This document shows positions 13,361 through 25,309 of a DNA stretch of 64,000 nucleotides, piece after piece. A program made the position numbers and the translations under genes. The DNA is from Takakia lepidozioides. Its lineage: Eukaryota; Plantae; Bryophyta. A model generated the notes under the pieces. That model searched no databases. It saw only the letters and a list, made by a program, of their open reading frames with translations, and was not told where the DNA came from. How positions within the stretch are numbered: position 1 is the first letter of the stretch; each line of letters opens with the position of its first letter. The stretch spans positions 55,180,001 through 55,244,000 of the forward strand of contig CM060732.1 in assembly GCA_030704615.1 (NCBI GenBank), in the 5' to 3' direction.

Positions 13361-14626
13361 TCACCTAACAAGTGAGGAGTAGAGGCATGCTGGGGGAGCA
13401 AGATATACTGCCTGCCATGGAAGAATATCAACGATAAGGTAAGGGTCATCAATCCGACGTTTGGCCTTAGATATCTGCTTACCAGGCTGAAGTCTGACAC
13501 AAACAGACTGACCTACCTTGAATGATTCAGAATACACAACACGTCTGTTATAATGTTTGGCCTGAGCAGCTTGGGCAAACACAATGTTAGATTTAGTTGT
13601 TCACGCAAACTACGTCGTCTAGCATCCATGGAAAGCAAAAAGACTTCCCAATTTTCAGGCTCAGTTGCGAATATCTGCAGCCAGGATCTGATATGCAAAG
13701 GAGTTCTACATTTCCGACCATACAAAAGTTCCAAAAAGAGAAATTTTGGTACTGGCATGAATAGAGGTTCGATAGGCAAACAGCAGGATAGGCACAGCAA
13801 TTTCTTATTCATCTATGAGTGATCCATTTTTCTCTAGCATCTGGCACATTGTCTTGTTACAACGCTCAGTCAATTGCACTGGGGGTTATAAGGCGCAGTC
13901 ACGGCATGTTTAGTGTTTAAATTAAACAATACAATCTCCATAAGCTGGTTGCAGAATTTTGTACCTTAATCCGTGAGGATCTCAAGGGGGAAACCATGGC
14001 AGAGAATCACCTTACCAAAGAAGAATTGTACCACCTCATCACTGTTCTTAACGACCAGAGGTCGGAGCTCAACCCATTTAGTCAGGTAATCTGTAGCAAC
14101 AGCAAGGTATGCATGGCCCTCAGATGTAGGTTTGAGGGGTCCAACAAGATCTAAGCCCACCCGGGCAAAAGATTCAGTAACCGGGATCGGTTGCAAAGGG
14201 AATGGTGCCTCGGTCCTAGGCGGGATGGTTTTGGCATAACAGGGTACACACCTTGCTGAAACGTCCTTAACTAAACATTTCCAGTGATACTATTCTTGGA
14301 GCCTTTTCACAGTCTTGGTAACCCCTAAATGACCATTATAAGTAGAAGCATGGTACAATTCTAGCAAGGCAGGGACAGCGGACCTAGGAGGAACTTCCAC
14401 AGTAAGATCACCTTCCAATGCATTCACTCTGAACAACCTCCCTTCACTTTCCCAGTGGGTGGGTAAGTGATAATTCACTTGCCTCATGTGGAGCCTGGAT
14501 ATTCCACTAAGGTGGGTGCCGGCTTTGCACCTGTGGAGTAGAGCATCGTAAAGAGGTTCATCCATGCCTACAACACTCATGGCCATACAATCAGCAGGTT
14601 AGTGCAGGTGAGAAGAAAGTGGCAGC
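13361..14626 (-). pseudogene. Degenerate Ty3/Gypsy integrase fragment
   Basis: H..GHLGVTKT zinc-binding region, RVGLDLVGPL, ATDYLTKWVE, EILTD and LLYGRKCRTP motifs, with stops and frameshifts. Confidence 0.9.
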
Positions 14627-15271
14627 TGTTACGAACATAGCCTAGAGGAACTTACCAGGAGTAAATACCAGAAGTTATCAAGTTATCATGTTACCGAAAG
14701 TTATCATAACTTACCATGATTTACCGTGATCTACCATGATTTACCACTATTTACCAAGTTACCGGAAGTTTACCAAATTATCAAGAGTAATTTGGGAAAC
14801 TATTCAGGAAGCTTGGAGGAAACTTCTCCATCAAGATACCTCATTTGTTTAAGGAAGCTTCTACATCAAAGAAACCTTTGTTTAATCTTTGAAACTTCTC
14901 CAGCAAGAAACCTCCATAGATGAAGCTTCTTGGGGAAGCTTATTAGTAGCCAGTATATATAGGAGGCGAGACTGGACACTCTTCAGTCTCGCCAACACAA
15001 GTTCAAGCTACTCTTGTTCCAAATCTAGTACTCCAGTTCAGCTTCCAGTATCCAGTCCAGTTTCCAGTATCTGGTATTCCAGTCCAGTTTCCAGCATTTC
15101 AGTATCCGAGTCAAGTTCCAGTATTTTGTACTCTTGTCCATTGTTATAAAGATCATCTTGATTCATGTTCACCTACCATGCATTCGGCCACGTCGACCTT
15201 GACTTCTTGTCTAGTTTTGTACCTCTAGTCTGATCTCTTGTTTGTGTTCTGTCATGTTCTCGTCCTTGACA
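14627..15271 (+). repeat. 5' LTR of the chromovirus
   Basis: TGTTA...TGACA termini, TATA near 14954, ttacc and tccagt microrepeats. The downstream gtttgacgagactaaag is imperfectly complementary to LTR 14981-14997. Confidence 0.8.
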
Positions 15272-15309
15272 GTTTGACGAGACTAAAGTTTATTCTTTAG
15301 TTAGTTAAG

Positions 15310-16350
15310 ATGGAAGGCACATTTGTGGAAATGGTCACCACATTGCAGAGTTTTCAGCTCCAGATGCAAGAACTTCGTACATCTACCGCCCAATTGCAAG
15401 CTGATCAGTCTCAAGATCTTGGCAACGCTCTCCACAATTTGCAACAACAAATTTCAGAGTTAAAAGAGTCGAACAATGGATCTTCAACCATACGAGTCCC
15501 TACTGCAACAGCTCCTACTGCAACGGTTCTTCTTCAACAGATTACGAGAGAACCAAAGATTAGCATGCCCGAGAAATTTGATGGGACGAAATCAAGATTT
15601 CGCGGTTTTTTTCAACAAGTATGACTGTTCCTACGACTACATCCACAACGGTATCCCGATAAAGGTATTGAAGTGGGATTCATGGGCACTCTTCTGTCAG
15701 GCACTGCCCTATCTTGGTTTCCACCGCTACTAGAAAAAAATTCGCATTTACTATACAATTTTGAAGCATTCATGTCTAAGTTCACTGCAACGTTTGGAGA
15801 AAATGATAGAGAGAGAGTTGCAGAAACAAAGATGCAAAATCTTCGACAAGGAGCACGTCTTGCTTCCGTTTATGCTGCCGAATTTCGACAACTTGCGTGC
15901 GACCTCGACTGGAATGATAAGAGTCTCATTAGTCAGTTTCGATGTGGACTAAAAGATGATGTAAAAGATTTGTTGCTGACAATGCCAAACGTGAGCACAC
16001 TGAGTGAATTCATCACCCAAGTCATTGCATGCGATAATCGTTTGTTCGAAAGACGTCAAAAGAAGCGATCTGGATGGTCTATGACGCATCATGTCACTGC
16101 TACTATGACACCAAACACAACGATCCATCAGACATCCAGTAGTGATCATATGCAGATTGATGTTGTCCGATTCAAGCCATTGACGCCACAAGAAAAACAA
16201 AGACGGCGCTCGAATGGATTATGCCTCTATTGCGGAGAAGAAGATCGCATAGCATTAAACTGCCCTAACAAAAGAAGATTCAAAGCTCGGGGCACAACTC
16301 AAGTGTTCGATACGAAGAGGTCGGAAAACGAAGATGTCCAGTCACAGTAG
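15310..16350 (+). pseudogene. gag: Chromovirus gag (one internal stop)
   Basis: PEKFDG, LSGTALSWF, LRQG..ASVYAAEF, GLKDDVKD and a degenerate zinc knuckle CLYCGEEDRIALNC. Confidence 0.9.
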
Positions 16351-16431
16351 GGACCATGCGGCTGGACACCACAAATTCCTTACCGAAAGGAGCTTCAGCT
16401 TGTTTTATAGACAAAAACTTTGCGAAGCAAA

Positions 16432-19400
16432 CACTACAACAGATGAGCGTTTTTATGACTGCACATATGACTATTTTTTCAGTCCTATATGCGATCATGA
16501 CTACATCACTCTGTAGTGAAAAAAACCCTGTCATAGCGATTAGTCTTTAGGACTGCATTTTGCAAGTCATAGCCGTGACTGCGTGCGTGGCACCTGGAGT
16601 CATGCATAAGAGAGTGATGTAGTTACAACTCTATGACTTACATATGACTAACTATATGACTACATTGTCTGATGAGCGATGCCTACATGGAGAGGCTTTA
16701 GAGGAACACGTGCACCACTGCATAAGTGACATGTCACGACACCTGTTGCACTTAGATGTGACATGTGGCACTTAGACATAATATATGACTAGCATATATG
16801 GCAGGGTTTATGCCACGTGTCATCAAGAATGTCTTTGAAAATAATTTAATAGTTATATTTGTAATTTTAAATTCTTAAATTTATATTTTATTTTTGAAAA
16901 CAGGGGATAGCAGTTTGGAAAATTTTAAATGGTATTATTGTTTAATTTAATAATATTATACAAATAAAAATAGATTAAATGATTTAAACTCTTCATTATA
17001 TGGTGAAATTCTGATATAAAAACAGGATGGACACCTCTTGCATACCAGCAACCACAAGGACATTCAAAATAGACAAGTACAGGGAAATACACACCGTGTA
17101 AATTATATTACAAAAATCCAAATAAGACCAATGTCCCAATGGACACCTCAAAGGCCACAATGTCCAAAAATCCATGCCTGAAGAGGTTCAGTAAGCAAAA
17201 AATAAGCAAGCTCACACATGGGCTGAATTGTTGTAATACTAGTTTGTTCTGGTGCTACTAGAATCAAGGACCCTGTTAAACAGTGCAATACTTACGGCCG
17301 ATTTGATAAGAGGGAAAAACAGGGTGAAATGTGTTGAAGAAGGTGCCTTGATTAACAGTGCCTAATTTGATCAATTGTGCTGCTGCTGCGGCTTCCAGTT
17401 GACCATCTACCCATGCAGGTTTCTTGTACCTATCCTTCCACATGGAATCATAGGTAATATGGAGCTTGAAATCCGGCCCTCTTGGATGAATCTGGACCCA
17501 CACATCTATCCCTGTTCCTTTAGCTATCCATGCCCCTGCACAAATCATGCATACATCCTCGCCTTGCTGCTAGCAGCTGACAATGACAGCCTAGAATTGC
17601 TTGAGCAAACACCCCAACCCTACTTATCACACTAGTTCATATGCTGACTTGCGTCTGCTTCCAACAGACATTCACCTTTTGCCTCGATTGTTCCACCATT
17701 GACTGAGGTCGGGAACGTATTCATCCTAGAGCTTCTCCTCGAGTCTCTGTTATATATTTATTGATACTTTCCTGTCGACCACATTGGCAGTAACATGTCA
17801 AAATCACTCCAAAACTACCATAGATCCACCAACGAGCTAACTTGTAGAATTCAACATTAAAATTTAGGGACGACTCTGATAGCAGGGGAAAACAAGGTGA
17901 AATATGTTGAAGAAGGTACCTTCATTAGCAGCGCCTTGTTTTATGAATTGTGCTGTTGCCGCTGCTGTTTCTAGTTGACCATCTACCCACTTGTAGCCGC
18001 TGTGAGCTATTGAAGAAGGTGCCCCCTTCCCCCATGATCATAGGTCTCCATACCATGTCCCTGCTCTGCATACCCTGCAAGCATCTCGTTCCATGACACC
18101 ACATCTTGTTCAACCATAGTGTTGAAAACTCCCTTCTCATCCTTAATGCACCCACATTTCGCATACATGTCCACCAGGGTAGTGTTCAGAATGACATCTG
18201 GTACAATTCCAGCTTTGATGATGTCACCATGGACCTCTTTCCCCTTTTCCAGAGGTCCCAGACTTGCACACACATTGCAAACACAAACAAACGTGATGTG
18301 GTTGGGCTTCACCCCTTCGTGCAACATTTGCTCATAGGTCTCCAAAGCATTCCTACCACACCCATGCTTGGTAAATCCTGCCAACATTATATTCCACGTG
18401 ATCAAAGATCATTGAGACATTATGTTGAAAACTTCGTGAGCATGCATGCATGATGCTCCTGCACTTAACATACATGTTTGCTCCTGCACCCACATTTTGC
18501 ATACATGTCCACCAGGGTATTGTTCAAAATGACATTTGGTACAATTCTAGCCCTGATGATGTCGCCATGGACCGCTTTGCAAGCCCTTTTCCAGAGCTGC
18601 CATGGCTGTGTTCAGAATGACATTTGGTACAATTCCAGCTTTGATGATGTCACCATTCACCTCTTTGCCATTTTCCAGGGCTGCCAAGCTTGCACAAGCA
18701 TTGCGAGTGCACACAAACGTGATGTGGTCGGGCTTCACCCCTTCGCACATCATTTGCTCATACGTCTCCAAAGCCTCCATCTCGCGCCCCTGTTGTGCAT
18801 TCATTGCGAGCATCGCACTCCACGACACCACATTTCGTTCAGCCATATTGTTGATCACTCCCTTTGCATCCTTGATGCTCCCACATTTGGCATACAAGTC
18901 CACCAGGGCAGTGTTCAGGATCACATCTGGTTCTCTCTCTCACACCCCCCTCTCTCTCTGTTCTGCTCTACATACAAAAGGGTCTATCTCTTGCCTGTAA
19001 GCGTCTAGCTCTGACGATGTCGCCATGCACCTCTTTGCCCTTTTCCAGGGCTGCCAGGCTTGCACACGCACAGCAAACGCTGTGATGTGGTCGGGCTTCA
19101 CCCCTTCCCCCATCATTTGCTGATAGGTCTCCAAAGCATTCCTACCACACCCATGCTTGGTAAATCCTCCCAACATTATATTCCACGTGATCAAAGACCA
19201 TTGAGGCATTCTGTTGAACACTTGGTGAGCATCCATGATGCTCCCGCACTTAACATACATGTTGACAAGGGTGTTGAGGAGAAAAACATTTGGCGTGAAT
19301 CCACTTTGGATAATGTGAGTTTGCACCTGCTTTTCAGCTTCCAGGCCTTTCACCTTGATGCACTTATGCAAGAGACATACATACGTATCTGAATCTGCTG

Positions 19401-22004
19401 AAATGCCTCCTTGGTTTAAAGTCTGTAGAGCCTCTGTTAGTCTGCCTGCCTCACAAAGCATCTTTACATGCCCATAAGTGCCAGAAGAGACATTATGGAC
19501 TCCCTCTCTATATCGGCTTCCAGAAGCTGTGGTCACGGTTCAGGTGCCTGGTTTTATCAATTGTGCTGCTGCAGCTGCTGCCTTCAGTTGACCATCTACC
19601 CATGCAGGTTTCTTGTGGCTATTGATCCACAAGGAATCATAGGTAATTTTGTGCTTGAAATCTGGCCCTCTTGGAAGAATCTGTACCCACTCTCTATCCC
19701 TGCTTCTTCAGCTATCCATGTTCTCATAAGGATAGAGGCCCACCTCTAGGCCATGGTCAGGACGGGGCTCGTCATTCAATGCCAAAGCATCCATCTGCAC
19801 CTTCACTGCATCCTCTGCTGTCAGCTGTACATAACCCACTACATCCGTTCAATGTCAGGAATGGGAGAGGGATGTACTCTTTACTGTCATGCTTGGCCAT
19901 TACATGGACGTCACAGCCTTTGAAATCCTTCACAGTGGGTGGCCTAAGTAAGGAAGTGCCATAGATCCTCCACTTTAATGACGCCCCATATAAGAATCAA
20001 TATTGATACTATATCTAGTTTGATATCCTAATGTGACATGAGGCCAATATGGAGAGATTACATCCCTAAGAATGCAGTGAGACACAGACAGAGAGAGACA
20101 GAGAGAGTCATGAGACATTAGGGAGAGAAAGAGAGAGAGAGAGAGAGAATGTACCATTGGATCAGGCTTCATTAGCGGTCCCGTGGCAGCTGCATCATTT
20201 CTTTCTACACTGAATGACGAGTAACCAAGTTACATACCATTGAAGTATGATGCCAGTAAAAACAACCAGACAAACTAATAAACGATAGCACAGATAGGGC
20301 AATGCTTATGATGCCTTGTTGGAGACAAATAGAAAGGCTGTCCGATTAACTCTTTGGCTTTATGTGGACATATAGTCCATTCTTCTTCTGTCTCTTCTAT
20401 CCTGCTTCTTGTAGCAAAGGCACCCACTACGATGCTCAGCTGGTCTTTTAGGGCCAAGAGCGTAACACTGTCGGGGAAAATTTGATAACTTCTATCTAAC
20501 TGCCGAAAATTGTAATCTTCTCAAATAGATGGTCCCTACATCCTCGTCGTTTCTCAAGTTTTTACATCTCAGCTGTCGATCTCCATGCTTCGTCCTCAAC
20601 ATCCCTCGCAACCCTCGCTACGCCAAAAAACAATGTCTCACCTGGCACCACTTGTATTGTCGGAAGCGAACAGCTTGAATCTACTTCTCTTACATTCTGG
20701 TACCGCAATCCCATGAGACCCAGTCGCGAGTTCCACATAAGAAATTCTCCTTTTAACAATCCTTGTAGATACTCTTACCCCAGAATGGTACAAGGATGCG
20801 GGCTGGGTCATGAGAAATACATGAAACTGGGCCATGGCTACGTACAAACAGAGAGGTCACTCTAAAACAAGTAATAACTGTAACACTATTCTATACTGAA
20901 AGTTCCAGCCTTTGGTTGCCACCATTAAAAACGGCCATGCTGAGATCATTCTGTTCACTAGAAACCTACTCTGGTGAATTCCTCATGGAACTCTTCGCGA
21001 ATCATCTCACATCAATCTTGATGAGTCTGAGTTGGTTGGCCATCTTGAAGCAAACTTTTGGGACGAGTCTGCATTTTGTGTGTGGCTACAACCCGCCAAG
21101 TGTGAAGGGAAGAGTTGGCGAAATCTACCCAACGACCTAACTTACAAAATTCAATATGCATCTTGTGGCCGAGTATGGTAAAAGGGCAACACAGGCTGAA
21201 ATAGGTTGAAGAAGAAGGTGCTCTACCACATTGTCCTTGACCTGTCCTGACCCATGGAGGATTTGACCGACCATCAACCTAAAAGGACCTCTTGTGTGTG
21301 CTGCTTGTGTCTGTAGTCAGGTAATGTCGGATTGGTCTGTGAGATCGAACCACTACGGCATAGCTGAGTAGTCAGAGATTGAAACACGTCTGCTAAGACC
21401 AAGCTGACTCTCCCAAGAACGGCGAGCTCGCTTCTCCTCGTCTCCTCTCCTCCTCCTCTTCTCCTTCGTGCATCATTTGCTCAACGCCTCCATCCCACGC
21501 CCCTGCATATCCTGCTATCATCGCGTTCCATCCCTCGGCTATGTGGTGTGGCGCAAGAGACAAAAAAAATGGCCAAGTCCCAGCCTTTCTTTCTGTTCAC
21601 GATTACCCTAATGGGCAACCTTATTAGCAACTTTTTAATTTTTTTAAACCTAATGGGTAACCTTATTTGCATTATATGTGCCTTCAAAATGACACGTGTA
21701 GTGATGTAGTCGTATAAATAAAGCTGTGAAACCATCTTCAGTCATGGAGTCATAAGATTCCCTGAAACGTCGTCCACTTGTAATCAAACATATCACACTA
21801 GTCATATAAACCATCCCTGTCATCATGGTCAACAATGTTTGACCAATGCTCCCTAACTTTTCGGAGTCATGTAGTGATATCCATTACTACAAAGTCATAA
21901 AACTATGACTGCAATGCATTTCAGCGCTCTGTAGTCATCTACCTAGTGCAGTTTTTATGACTCCGCCAAAGCCGTAGTCCTAAAAACGCTCATCGCTTGT
22001 AGTG
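16432..22004. mobile_element. Non-autonomous CACTA (En/Spm) element with captured gene fragments (Pack-CACTA)
   Basis: 29-bp TIRs cactacaacagatgagcgtttttatgact and its right-end counterpart (3 mismatches), 3-bp TSD aaa, atgact/agtcat subterminal repeats. Removing it restores the protease frame KNFAKQ|NNLTLVKK. Confidence 0.93.
18007..19536 (-). pseudogene. Rearranged PLS-class PPR gene fragments inside the CACTA
   Basis: LLNTLVNMYVKCG, ITWNIML and GVKPDHITF motifs. The N-terminus is homologous to the PPR at 45516. Frameshifts and partial duplications. Confidence 0.92.
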
Positions 22005-25000
22005 AAAACAATTTAACGCTCGTAAAGAAGAAACTTTCGGCCCCCGTTGAAGTCATCGATGGACGACCATTAGCATCAGGAAATGTGGACCATGAAACTC
22101 AACCACTTGAAGTGAAGCTTAAAGATCAAGCATCACATATTGTATTCAATGTCATCCAGTCTCCAACGAATCCTGTGATCCTTGGATTGGTTCGTACTTC
22201 ACAATCCCGACATCGACTAGCGATCGCGAAAAATTTCTGCAAGACAAAAATGTAGAAATATCAAAGGTATTCAACCCCTAGTCCTTGGAGCTAGAGCTTT
22301 CATGAGAGCTACCAAAAAGGAGGCGACATTTGCTTTATGCGACTTCGATCAAGACCACAACAGACAAATGTACGTCAACATTACCAGTTCAATATCAAGA
22401 TTTCAAAGATATCTTCGAAAAGAAAAATGCAGACATATTGCCAGAACATCGACCTTATGACTGTGCAATTGAGTTACAAGAAGGAGCCCAACCACCATTC
22501 GGCCCAATCTATAACTTATCCCAGATGGAGTTGGCTGCATTACGTGAATACATTGATGAAAATTTGTCGAAGCACTTCATCCGACATTCAAAATCACCCG
22601 CGGGGGCGCCTATCTTGTTTGTGAAAAAGAAGAACGGATCATTACGCATGTGTGTCGAGTATCGCGGTCTCAACAAAGTCACAATTAAGAATCGTTATCC
22701 GTTGCCGCTGATTTCTGGGCTTCTCGACCAGCTGGGAAAAACGAAGATTTTCACCAAAATCGACTTGAGATGAGCTTATAATCTTGTACGGATAAAAGAA
22801 GGAGACGAATGGAAAACAGCTTTTCGAACAAGGTATGGACATTTTGAATACAGTGTTATGCATTTCGGTCTTACAAATGCTCCAGCAATTTTCCAACATA
22901 TGATGAATGACATCTTTCGAGAATTTTTAGATGACTTTGTAGTCATCTTTTTGGACGACATTTTGATATTTTCACAGAATGAAGAAGAACATGGCCGCCA
23001 TGTACGCCTTGTCCTTGATAAATTACGAGAAAAATGATTATAGGCCAAGTTGGAAAAATGTCTTTTCCATCAATCTGAGGTCGAACTTCTGGCTACATTA
23101 TTTTCCGACAAATGCGTCTTTATAGATCAGAAGAAAATACAAACCATCATCGAGTGGATTAAATCAACTTCGGTCCGAGATGTACAATGTTTTCTGGGCT
23201 TTGCAAATTTCTATAGAATCTTTATCAATGACTACTCCAAAATTGCTGCACCATTGACACGACTCACAGGGAAGGACAAATTTGTATGGGACGAGAAGGC
23301 TGACCAGGCATTTGAAATGTTGAAGCAGACATTTACAACGGCTCCCATACTAGTACATGCAGACTCATCTAAACCATTCTTCTTAGAAATAGATACATCG
23401 GACTTTACACTTGGCGGGGTACTCTCTCAATACGGTACAGATGGCCGACTCCACCTTGTTGGTTTTCGTTCTCGCAAATTTTCCGCTGCAGAGATCAATT
23501 ATGAAATCCATGACAAAGAACTTCTAGCGATTATTGATTTTTTTGAGGAGTGACGACATCTATTGGAGGGAGCTAAACATCAGGTCACTGTCTATACCGA
23601 TCACAAAAACCTCGAATATTTATGAGTGCTCGTGTTTTGAATCGACGTCAAACGAGATGGAGTATGTCACTAGCAAGGTTTGATTTTGTTATTACCTACC
23701 GTCCTGGACATCTTCAAGGAAAACCAGATGCTCTTTCTTGACGATCGTATCTTGCGCCAAAAAAAATGGATGCAGCTTTTGACCAACAAAAATCCATCAT
23801 CATGAAACCAGCAAATCTCCAATTGAATATGTTATCCATGTCCACTTATGACAGATCATAAATGAGATTCAGGAAGCACTGAAGAGCGACCATTTTGCTA
23901 CGACACTACGAAGTCAACTAAATCAACCTTGAGACAACCCACATGTTACAAACGACTTCGAATTCAAAGATGACTTACTTTACTTCAAGGGACTTCTCTA
24001 TGTACCTCTAGGACCTACACGACTTTGAATTCTTCAAACATGTCATGATCTTCTGGCTGCAGGACATTTCGGCTTCAACAAAACATTGGAGTTGATATCC
24101 CGGGACTATTGGTGGCCGCAGATGTGGAAACTCGTGAAAGAACTTATAAAATCTTGCGACACGTGTCCTAGAGCGAAGGGACCACGACATCGACCTTACG
24201 ACCTTCTTTAACCATTACCCATTCCTAAGGGTCCATGGTCGTCCGTGTCTATGGACTTTATTATGGACCTTCCAATTTCCAAGACCACCGATTCAATCCT
24301 TGTTATTGTAGATCATTTTACGAAGATGACACATTTCATTCCATGTAATAAGACAGTTACCGGCGAGGAAACTGCAAGACTCTTCCTCAATAATATCTAC
24401 CACATTCATGGACTCCCGAAGGACATCATATCTGATCGAGGACCACAGTTCATATCAAATTTCTGGAGGGGATTATTTCATAGATTGGATACTAAGATCA
24501 ACCTCTCTACAGCTAATCATCCACAGATTGATAGTCAAACCGAATGTGTAAACCAGATTTTGGAACAGTATCTTCGCTGTACGATAAATTATCACCAAGA
24601 TAATTGGACGGACCTTCTGTCATTGACTGAGTTTGCCTACAACAACACTATACATTCTTCGACCAAGCGAACTCCATTTTTCTCCAATTATGGTCATCAT
24701 CCTCGAGCAAACCCTTTCCACATGAAAATTGTTGGAAGCTCTGCTGCAGAAAACCTTGCTATTCATCTTGCTACGATTCACAAGGAGCTTACATCCCACC
24801 TCGCAGAAGCTCAAAAACAATACAAGAAGTATGCAGATCAACGTCGCCAACTCCAACCCCAGTTCAAGGTCGGAGATCGTGTGTGGCTTCTTCGAAGCGA
24901 CATACAAACCTCGCCACCATCAAAGAAAATGGATTATCAACGCCTGGGACCATTCAAAATTATTCGACAAATAAATCCGGTCAGTTTGCGGCTTGAACTC

Positions 25001-25309
25001 CCATGAAGTATGCGCATCCGTCCAGTCTTTCATGTTTCACTATTGGAGTTGTATCATCCATCGAATATTCTAGGGAAAGTTTCCGTACCACCTCCACCAA
25101 TCGAAGTCAATCAGGAAATTGAGTATGAAGTCGATGAAGTCCTAGACTCTCGCATAAAGTATAAATGTCTTGAATATTTCGTACATTGGAAATGCTACGA
25201 CATCAGCAAACGAACGTGGGAACCTTCATCCAACCTCGTCAATGCCTCTGACAAAGTCCAAGAGTTTCATCAACGATATCCATCTAAGCCCCGAGCTACA
25301 CGTCAATGA
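22005..25309 (+). pseudogene. pol: Chromovirus pol remainder (PR C-part, RT, RNase H, integrase, chromodomain), many stops
   Basis: ORF pieces 22330-22773, 23050-23553, 24245-25006 and 25010-25309. Confidence 0.93.

Larger units (their letters stand above)
14627..25309 (+). mobile_element. Ty3/Gypsy chromovirus (Tcn1/Tf1-sushi-like), 3' LTR missing, interrupted by a CACTA element
   Basis: 5' LTR, PEG10-like gag, protease split at 16431/22005, RT ([16 protein letters not shown]), RNase H, integrase (SMDFI, SDRGPQF, GPF) and a group I chromodomain (EYEVDEVLDSR...WEP). Confidence 0.93.

Noticed and set aside
20080-20150. (GA)n-rich tract
   Set aside because: Ordinary microsatellite.
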